A stretch of 64,000 bases of DNA. Origin: Bacteroidales bacterium (GTDB lineage Bacteria; Bacteroidota; Bacteroidia; Bacteroidales; VadinHA17). A model generated the notes under the pieces. That model did not search any database. It worked only from the letters and a program-made list of their open reading frames with translations, and had not been told where the DNA came from. The translations under genes and the position numbers were made by a program. Shown here one piece after another: positions 17,558 through 24,343 of the stretch. The number at the start of each line of letters is the position of its first letter. Position 1 is the first letter of the stretch. Where the stretch lies: NCBI GenBank assembly GCA_003142255.1, contig PLLO01000018.1, forward strand, positions 193,129-257,128. Direction: 5' to 3'.

Positions 17558-18375
17558 TCAAATCAGATCATAAAGTATTATCTGTGAGGAAGCAATGTGA
17601 TATTCTTTCTGTACCCAGGAGCTCACTTAATTATCAGCCTATCCCGGAAAAGCCTGAGAATGTAAAGATGATGCATCTGATGGATCGGCATCTTTTGACA
17701 CACCAGACCGAAGGAGTGCTCTCCATGGTAGATATGTTAAAGGATCTGGGGCATCCTGTTGGGCCTAAACGCATCAGGCGTTTGTTCAGGCTTATGGGTC
17801 ATCAAACCATTTATCGTAGGAAGAACCTTACTAAAAACGCGTTAAAAGAGTTTATAAAACCTTATTTGCTGCGTGGTTTAAAGATCACTCATGCCAACCA
17901 GGTATGGTGCACTGATATTACTTACATACCAATGGCCAAAGGGTTTATGTATATGACAGCATTTATTGATGTTTACAGCCGCAAGATCGTTGGCTGGGGA
18001 ATCAGTAACAGTATGAGTAAACAATGGTGTCTGGACGTTTTAAATGATGCAATAGCCAGACATGGCAAACCGGAAATCATAAACTCTGACCAGGGATCAC
18101 AATATACAAGCTTTGCCTGGACAAATTATCTGGAAAAAGAAAACATAATGATATCTATGGATGGCAAGGGCCGGGCTACGGATAATGTGTGGATCGAACG
18201 GTTCTGGAAAAGCCTGAAGTATAATTATATTTACCTTAATCCTTGTGATAATGGTTTAGAACTCTTTGAAGGAGTTCAAAACTACATTGAATATTACAAT
18301 CAAAAAAAACATCAAACCATTAAAAAAACTCCCAATGAATCTTATCATGAATCAATTACCAAAAAAGCAGCCTAA
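17548..18375 (+). CDS. IS3-family transposase OrfB (DDE/rve integrase core)
   Basis: WCTDITYIP, NSDQGSQYTS and ERFWKSLK motifs. Confidence 0.85.
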   Translation: MEMIKSDHKVLSVRKQCDILSVPRSSLNYQPIPEKPENVKMMHLMDRHLLTHQTEGVLSMVDMLKDLGHPVGPKRIRRLFRLMGHQTIYRRKNLTKNALKEFIKPYLLRGLKITHANQVWCTDITYIPMAKGFMYMTAFIDVYSRKIVGWGISNSMSKQWCLDVLNDAIARHGKPEIINSDQGSQYTSFAWTNYLEKENIMISMDGKGRATDNVWIERFWKSLKYNYIYLNPCDNGLELFEGVQNYIEYYNQKKHQTIKKTPNESYHESITKKAA

Positions 18376-18593
18376 ATCAAAAAATGTTTAACTTAACAAA
18401 CGATACCTTTGGTACAGGAAATGGGGAGTATTATAAAAGGAAGTAATCTTGATGAACTTAAAAGAGAAATAAATCTTTTTCACCCATTAAAATAGTCATA
18501 TTGGGAAATATGATCTTTAGAATCTGGAAGTCAAAAAAATCTTCTTATCAACATAAATAATCTTAACTTATATTACCTTTAAAAAAAGAAAAT

Positions 18594-18605
18594 AGTTCTT
18601 TGAAA
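18594..18605 (+). repeat. Junction block AGTTCTTTGAAA (cassette 7, compressed junction)
   Basis: GAAAATAGTTCTTTGAAATAGATTGGTACGATTACGG. The block is only 8 nt from GTACGATTACGG. Confidence 0.75.
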
Positions 18606-18631
18606 TAGATTGGTACGATTACGGCGCAAGG

Positions 18632-19348
18632 ATGTACGATCCACAAATAGGTAGATTTACTACCATTGATCCGTTAGCAGATAAATTCCCTTCGATGACT
18701 ACTTTTCAATATGCAAGTAACAATCCTGTTGTTTGTATTGACCTTGATGGACTTGAAGGATATAAAATAACCACAAAAGAGATACAGACTGGAACAACTA
18801 ATGTAAAATTCACTATAGATATGAAAGTTGTAAATGCCTCTTCAGCTTCTAATAGTGATGTAAGAAGGTGGGCTGAATCTTCTAAAGCACAAATAGAAGC
18901 ATCATTTAGTGGTTTTGATAAAAACACTAACAAAAATTATTCATCTAATGTTAATTTTAATTTTGATGAAAATAGCAAACTGGGTGAAAGCTTTGTATTA
19001 AAATATGTTGACTTAGTTCATGGTACTGATGCTCAAGGGAGACCGGATACAGAGATGGATGGTTATGCTAAAGAAATAGGAAATCCTAATAATAATGAAT
19101 TTCAAGTTCTAATTCCAGGTAAAGCTGCTGCAAATTGGGCTGAAAAGGTAACTGAAGAGGGAGTAGCCGAGACAGCAACACATGAACTAGGTCATGGGCT
19201 TGGATTAAGGCATCAACCTGAAAGTGACCCTAAGAACAATATAAATATAGATGCTTATAATCTTATGTATACTGGTAGATATGGAACAAAAATCACAAAT
19301 GAACAGCTTAAATCTATAGAAGAAATCCTACCTGAAAAAAGGAAGTAA
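18632..19348 (+). CDS. Orphan RHS C-terminal toxin module, cassette 7, zinc metallopeptidase (HExxHxxGxxH)
   Basis: [38 protein letters not shown]. The tail has THELGHGLGLRH. Confidence 0.8.
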   Translation: MYDPQIGRFTTIDPLADKFPSMTTFQYASNNPVVCIDLDGLEGYKITTKEIQTGTTNVKFTIDMKVVNASSASNSDVRRWAESSKAQIEASFSGFDKNTNKNYSSNVNFNFDENSKLGESFVLKYVDLVHGTDAQGRPDTEMDGYAKEIGNPNNNEFQVLIPGKAAANWAEKVTEEGVAETATHELGHGLGLRHQPESDPKNNINIDAYNLMYTGRYGTKITNEQLKSIEEILPEKRK

Positions 19349-19367
19349 GACATTAAAAATCAATCTC

Positions 19368-19817
19368 ATGTATCTACTAAAAGGTTATATATCCACTGGA
19401 TTATTGAAAATAATTACTTTTTTCCTTTTTTTTTCACTGCTAAATTGTGATAGGCAGGAAGATAATAACTACCATGTTAAAATACAATACCTCATTAGTA
19501 TTGATAAAAATAGTATTGATAGGAGATATGGTATAGTGACATTATCTTTTCCTTCTTATTACGATAAAGACACTCTTTTACTGGAAGTGAATAAAAAAAA
19601 GTTTCTGAAAGAAGTTATTAATACAAGTGAAATAACGGGGAGTGCACTTATTGTTGCAATAGATTCGGTTAATAAAGTAAATGAAATTGGCATTAAGATC
19701 AACAATATGAAGAAAGTGTTTTTTAAGTGTAATTGGGAAAATCAACTTTTTATTATAAAGCTTAAAAAAGATAGCTTGTTTATAAATGGAGTAACTTCTT
19801 TTCCTACTCCCCGTTAA
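19368..19817 (+). CDS. Putative immunity lipoprotein, cassette 7
   Basis: Hydrophobic leader ending LLNC, 20 nt after the toxin stop. Confidence 0.55.
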   Translation: MYLLKGYISTGLLKIITFFLFFSLLNCDRQEDNNYHVKIQYLISIDKNSIDRRYGIVTLSFPSYYDKDTLLLEVNKKKFLKEVINTSEITGSALIVAIDSVNKVNEIGIKINNMKKVFFKCNWENQLFIIKLKKDSLFINGVTSFPTPR

Positions 19818-19894
19818 CCAAAGTGCTATTTCTAAGGCAAAATTAGAAAAAAGTGTTGCCCGCCGGGTGTCGGGAAGGCAATATTGCAACAATA

Positions 19895-19935
19895 AAATAA
19901 TACAGAACCCTGGGAGACCGGGGTTTTGTTATTAT
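19895..19935. terminator. Hairpin terminator ending cassette 7
   Basis: AATAATACAGAACCCTGG gaga CCGGGGTTTTGTTATT. Confidence 0.65.
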
Positions 19936-20162
19936 AATGTATAAGTATGCCTGGCGTTAAAATCCTTGATCAGTGCACTTAAAACTTTGAGGATAGACTT
20001 TTTCTCTTCTTCGGGCATGTGATCGAGCTGTTTGAATTGTTTGATCAGCTCGCATCCAAAAGGTCCATTTTAATAAGATTCTACTTAAAACTGTCAGAAA
20101 ATCATTAATTTTAACCTTAGAAACAGTATTTAGAGCTATCAATAAACCTGTTCCCAGGATAC

Positions 20163-20176
20163 AAAGTTCTTTGAAA
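20163..20176 (+). repeat. Junction 14-mer AAAGTTCTTTGAAA (cassette 8)
   Basis: Exact copy, 54 nt upstream of GTACGATTACGG. Confidence 0.8.
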
Positions 20177-20230
20177 AGCTCCTTTAAGAAGGAATAAGAA
20201 TCTATAAATCAACTGAGAAGATCAAATTAG

Positions 20231-20443
20231 TACGATTACGGTGCACGTTTTTACGATCCACAAATAGGTCGTTGGCATAGGTTGGATCCATTAGCAGAAA
20301 AATATAATTCTTTAAGTCCATACAACTATTGTTTTAACAACCCTGTTCTTTTTCTGGATCCAAATGGTGATTCTGTTAGAGTCGCTGAACAATATCGAGA
20401 GAAATACTCAAAGGATTTATTGACTTACAAACGAAAGAAATGA
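20231..20443 (+). pseudogene. Terminal RHS junction stub (cassette 8) with almost no toxin domain
   Basis: TAG then [32 protein letters not shown], followed by only ~24 further codons. No ATG. Confidence 0.6.
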
Positions 20444-20502
20444 AGGATTGGGAAAAATGGAAAATGAAAATGTAGAAACTTCTTGCTTAAACTCTGTAAA
20501 AA

Positions 20503-20709
20503 ATGATGATAAAATCTAAAGGTTCAAGGAAAAATTCTGTTTTGTCGACTAAAGAACCAGAACAGAAAAGAAAGGGTAGTACAAAAAAGCGGAAACTTTA
20601 CCCGGTTCAGGATGAAGGTATTTTACCCATTCCTGATGATTATCCTGAAGGAATTAAATATATACTAAACAGCACAAAAAATCAACTTATCGGGAAAACA
20701 TTACCCTAA
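20503..20709 (+). CDS. Hypothetical small basic protein
   Basis: ORF only, 68 aa, lysine-rich N-terminus. Confidence 0.3.
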   Translation: MMIKSKGSRKNSVLSTKEPEQKRKGSTKKRKLYPVQDEGILPIPDDYPEGIKYILNSTKNQLIGKTLP

Positions 20710-20763
20710 TGTGCGGAGTTTGTTGGAGAAGTGCCATTTTTATGCGTGTTATTGAAGAATTGA

Positions 20764-21051
20764 CTATTCTAAGTCAGCTTCGAAATGAACAATAGCTTTT
20801 TCTAGTTCATTTGCATCTATTGAATTTAGGTAGCCTGCGATGGCTTCCTCAATAATATCCTTAATTTGCTTTCGCTCCCAGTAGGCAATTGCTTTAATTG
20901 TTTTATACGTTTTTCTGCTCAGCAAAAGCGTTGTTCGTTGTATTTTATCATCATTATCCTCCGGCGTTTTGATAAATTCCTCTTTTAACAAATGTGTTTC
21001 GGTAGGGGAGAAGATATCCTGAAAGCTATGGGTAAACTGTTTCTTTGCCAT
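20764..21051 (-). CDS. Small protein downstream of ParA, candidate centromere-binding partner
   Basis: 95 aa, directly downstream of parA with an iteron cluster between them. Function inferred from position only. Confidence 0.45.
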   Translation of the reverse strand: MAKKQFTHSFQDIFSPTETHLLKEEFIKTPEDNDDKIQRTTLLLSRKTYKTIKAIAYWERKQIKDIIEEAIAGYLNSIDANELEKAIVHFEADLE

Positions 21052-21070
21052 TTGTTCATTTTTTTATTTT

Positions 21071-21124
21071 GTATTCTACGTATTACTCAGTAATATGGGT
21101 AATATGAGTAATATTGATAATATC
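21071..21124. repeat. Iteron cluster (GTATTACT palindrome plus tandem GTAATATGn 9-mers)
   Basis: GTATTACTcAGTAATAT followed by GTAATATGG GTAATATGA GTAATATTGA TAATATC. Confidence 0.65.
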
Positions 21125-21142
21125 TGTTATAGAAATAAAATA

Positions 21143-21898
21143 CTACTTCTCAAATCGGTTGAAGAACTCCATACAAAGGTGAGAGTAATCAATCGCACCT
21201 AAAGAATTTTTAGAATATCGAAAGATATCCTGTCCTGATGCAGGGGCTTCAGCTATCGAAATGTTATCTCTGATTTTCGTATCAAAAACAAGATCTGCGA
21301 ACCGGGAATTGGTAAATTCAACCACATCACGACTAAGGACTGTGTTCTTCTTGTACATGGTAATGATTATTCCTCCAATCGAGAGTTCTGGATTTAACCT
21401 CTCTTTGACCTTGTCGATAATCTCCATTAGCTTTGCTAAGCCCTGGCTTGCCAGGTAATGTGCTTGTAGTGGAATCAGTACCTTTTCAGCTGCATTTAGG
21501 GCATTCACAGTCATCAGCCCCAATGAAGGGGGACAATCACAGAAAATGTAATCATAATCATTTTGAGTTTTAAGAAGTAACCTCTTAAGAAGATTTTCTC
21601 TACCAGGTTCCATTGAGAGTTCTAGCTCTGCTCCTGAAAGATTCATATTCGATGGTGCTAACCAGAGGTTGTCGATTATTGGTACTTCCGGGATTGGACA
21701 TTGACCTTTTAACGCATTATACATGCTTGGCTCGGCTTCCTTAATCCCAAAACTATGGGATAAATTACCTTGAGGGTCAAGATCAACCAGAAGCACTCTT
21801 CTTTTCATCAAGGCTAATCCTGCACCAAGATTAACGGTTGTGCTAGTTTTGGCAACACCCCCTTTGTGGTTGCTGATAGCGAAGATTTGTGGTTTCAT
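21143..21898 (-). CDS. parA: ParA/Soj-family partition ATPase
   Basis: Deviant Walker A NHKGGVAKTSTTVNLG, 251 aa. Confidence 0.9.
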   Translation of the reverse strand: MKPQIFAISNHKGGVAKTSTTVNLGAGLALMKRRVLLVDLDPQGNLSHSFGIKEAEPSMYNALKGQCPIPEVPIIDNLWLAPSNMNLSGAELELSMEPGRENLLKRLLLKTQNDYDYIFCDCPPSLGLMTVNALNAAEKVLIPLQAHYLASQGLAKLMEIIDKVKERLNPELSIGGIIITMYKKNTVLSRDVVEFTNSRFADLVFDTKIRDNISIAEAPASGQDIFRYSKNSLGAIDYSHLCMEFFNRFEK

Positions 21899-21911
21899 AG
21901 ATTCATGTTTG

Positions 21912-21973
21912 GGTTATTAATATGATCGGTATTACTGATATGCTTTGTATTATTGATATTATTAGTATTACTT
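21912..21973. repeat. Iteron cluster upstream of parA (GTATTACT/GTATTATT units)
   Basis: GTATTACT at 21929, GTATTATTGATA at 21947 and GTATTACTT at 21965. Same 8-mer family as 21071-21124. Confidence 0.6.
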
Positions 21974-22003
21974 ATTATTCATTGAGCAAAAAAAACTAAT
22001 TTC

Positions 22004-23014
22004 TTAAAGCGAACCTGCGTTTAAAGCAGTTGTTATTACCTTTTTACCAATGTCCAATACAATTTTAGAAGGGTTGTAAGTGTAGTTAATGGCTTTTATA
22101 CAATTTCTGGCTCCTGGTACCTGTCTGAATGCAGCTGAGAGTACTTCCAACGGATCTTTGGATTTAGTTAAGCCTGAAATTACATTGACAACCCTTACTC
22201 CATTCCTATACTCTTTTACCAATGGAACGTCTCTAACCATATTCAAAGCAACATTTTTGGCAGTATTTCTCATTTGGTTTTTCATGGTATGGTAGTGAGA
22301 AAAAGTAAGATGTTGAGACCTCTTATAGTCAAAAGTTGAATCAAAGCTTTTCTCACAGGTTTTTACGAATTTAATCCTGTCAAATCCTATCTGAGCTTCT
22401 TTACCTTTAACCCTGTTTTTGGCATTCCGGGCATTGGCCATAGGACTAAGCTTTATTTTATTAGATAAATCCTTTCGGGATACAATTATGTGAATGTGGG
22501 TTTGTAGACCTTCCTTCCTGTCACCGCATTTATTAAGTCCTTCTCTTACCTCCTCGCAATCCCTTCCATAGTACCGATTGTGCTCAATTTTTCCGAAATA
22601 TAAAATGTTATCCCCTGTTAACCCCCGGTTAAAATTCTTTGCATACTCATTCATTACGACTCTGGAATACTCTTTTAGCGCTTCTTCAAACCGTTTAAGT
22701 TCTCTTGTTGTAAGTTGAGAAATATTTCCAATATTCCTTCCTGAAATGGATCGGCAGATATGTTTTTGTTCTACCGGGCTCGGATTTACCGTTAGCATAT
22801 AAAACTTTGATTCATCCTTGCAAAGCTTCGCACGATTGGAGTCAATAGAATTCTGAACGGTAAAAGCAGAAATATCATGATTATCCTGATTGAAGAACTT
22901 CTGATGATCCAGCACGTCATTCTTTTTAAGGTTCTCCTTCTCTAAATAGTTAACCAGGTCATGACTGCTATTTCTGTTATTATCCTTCTTATCGGAATGT
23001 ATCTTTATGTACAT
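22004..23014 (-). CDS. Mobilization relaxase, Bacteroidota MobB/BtgB-like
   Basis: 336 aa, HTHIHIIVSRKD histidine motif, downstream of and overlapping a BtgA-like gene. Confidence 0.7.
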   Translation of the reverse strand: MYIKIHSDKKDNNRNSSHDLVNYLEKENLKKNDVLDHQKFFNQDNHDISAFTVQNSIDSNRAKLCKDESKFYMLTVNPSPVEQKHICRSISGRNIGNISQLTTRELKRFEEALKEYSRVVMNEYAKNFNRGLTGDNILYFGKIEHNRYYGRDCEEVREGLNKCGDRKEGLQTHIHIIVSRKDLSNKIKLSPMANARNAKNRVKGKEAQIGFDRIKFVKTCEKSFDSTFDYKRSQHLTFSHYHTMKNQMRNTAKNVALNMVRDVPLVKEYRNGVRVVNVISGLTKSKDPLEVLSAAFRQVPGARNCIKAINYTYNPSKIVLDIGKKVITTALNAGSL

Positions 23015-23618
23015 GGGATAACTTTTTTATGTATTCTTTATATTCTCTTATATCGGCCATAGGCAACTCGATCACTGGCATTTTTCTTAGTCCGGTAGAT
23101 TTTTCTTCTGTCTTAGACAGCACATTATCGAAATATTTCAGAGTTGTGCTTTGAATTAGCTCCAGTTTTTCGATTTTATTTTTCAGATCATTTTTCTCAT
23201 CTATAGCATCCTCTATGGTTTTAGAACTTTGGGTGTTTATGAGGTCCTTTTTTTCTTCAGAATTGTCGTTAAGTAACAAGGATTTACTTTTGGTTTGTAT
23301 TCCGATATCTCCTCTCCTGGGAGCTTCATTATCGATATATTCCTTCATCCGGACTATAAGAGTATCCATTTTCCCGAAAGTGGGAAGAATGAAATCCTTC
23401 TCCTGTTTTCGCATGAACGATATTATAGTATCTCTGAATTTATTCAGCTCTTCAGCGACAGTTAAAACCTTTACATCCTGTGGATTTAACCCTGTTTTCT
23501 CGAAGTAATAAACCATTTTTTCTACAAGATCTACCTTGCTCATTTCAAACTTATTAGCAAGTCTATCAATAGATATTTTACTCTTTGGATTTACATTTAA
23601 TGTCTCATATTTTGCCAT
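22989..23618 (-). CDS. BfmA/BtgA-family mobilization (oriT-binding) protein
   Basis: N-terminus MAKYETLNV..ISIDRLANKFEMSKVDLVEKMVYYFEKTGLNP, coiled-coil C-terminus, located upstream of the relaxase. Confidence 0.65.
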   Translation of the reverse strand: MAKYETLNVNPKSKISIDRLANKFEMSKVDLVEKMVYYFEKTGLNPQDVKVLTVAEELNKFRDTIISFMRKQEKDFILPTFGKMDTLIVRMKEYIDNEAPRRGDIGIQTKSKSLLLNDNSEEKKDLINTQSSKTIEDAIDEKNDLKNKIEKLELIQSTTLKYFDNVLSKTEEKSTGLRKMPVIELPMADIREYKEYIKKLSHVHKDTFR

Positions 23619-23738
23619 AAATAGTTATTTTATAGTAATGTTTTTGATTCAAAAGGGCCAATTTTATTGAGGACCGATAAATAAATAGTTATTTAAATAG
23701 TTATTGTTATTTTTCTAATGTTTTTATAATCAGTCACT

Positions 23739-23779
23739 CTTGGGCAAAGCCCCAAGGTCGATTCGGGCTCTGCCCGAAT
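23739..23779. other. Candidate oriT hairpins
   Basis: CTTGGGcaaagcCCCAAG and ATTCGGGCtctGCCCGAAT are adjacent. They lie in the gap between the mobilization and primase genes, preceded by AAATAGTTATT repeats. Confidence 0.4.
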
Positions 23780-23857
23780 CCATCTTGCTTTCCTTTGGAA
23801 ACCTTCCTGTTTTCAAACAACTCAATGAATGATAGGTATTGTTATAAGGTTTTAGCA

Positions 23858-24343
23858 TTAAATATTATTTTTATCTGCCAGGTTATATCCGTAAATCCCT
23901 TTTTGCTTAATGCGCTTATATCCAAGCATTTTTAGAGTCTTACCAATTTGTACGTGATTAATTCTGAATTGGTTGTCTGTTGAGCTATTAATAATTTGCA
24001 TTATTTCAGTTGGTGTCATAAAACCATTCCCAATCGTCCCATTATCAAGGTACTTTTCTAAAAGCTCTCTTTCAATAGTTAAAACTTGAAAATCTTTGTT
24101 TCGTTTTTCATTCTCTCGAATTTCTTCGCCAGTTAAGTGGTAGTTGAATGTTCCGCTTTTGAAAAGGTAGTAAGCCTGAGCATAAACTTTATCGATATCA
24201 ATAGTGGTTTTATAGTCCCAATCAATTGAATCAATCTCAAAACAAAGCCAGCGAACTGATCCTGTCTCATCTGAAAGAAATTCATTTTGATTTGTACTGC
24301 CAATAAAGCTGCATCTGCGGAGTATTATGGTTGCATTTCTTCC
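23858..24343 (-). pseudogene. C-terminal continuation of the primase/VirE-like gene, separated by an in-frame TAG
   Basis: Same frame as 24344-25867. Reads GRNATIILRRCSFIGSTNQNEFLSDETGSVRWLCFEIDSIDWDY..GKTLKMLGYKRIKQKGIYGY. Confidence 0.7.

Larger units (their letters stand above)
17178..18435 (+). mobile_element. IS3-family insertion sequence
   Basis: orfA/orfB layout. Imperfect terminal inverted repeats TATAATACTCCC..CCTG..CCA..GGT lie at 17178 and, reverse-complemented, at 18435. Confidence 0.75.

Noticed and set aside
5700-20243. Reading the regularly repeated junctions as a CRISPR array
   Set aside because: The repeats are 1.3-5.3 kb apart, the 'spacers' are protein-coding toxin/immunity genes, and the repeats are not short uniform palindromic units.
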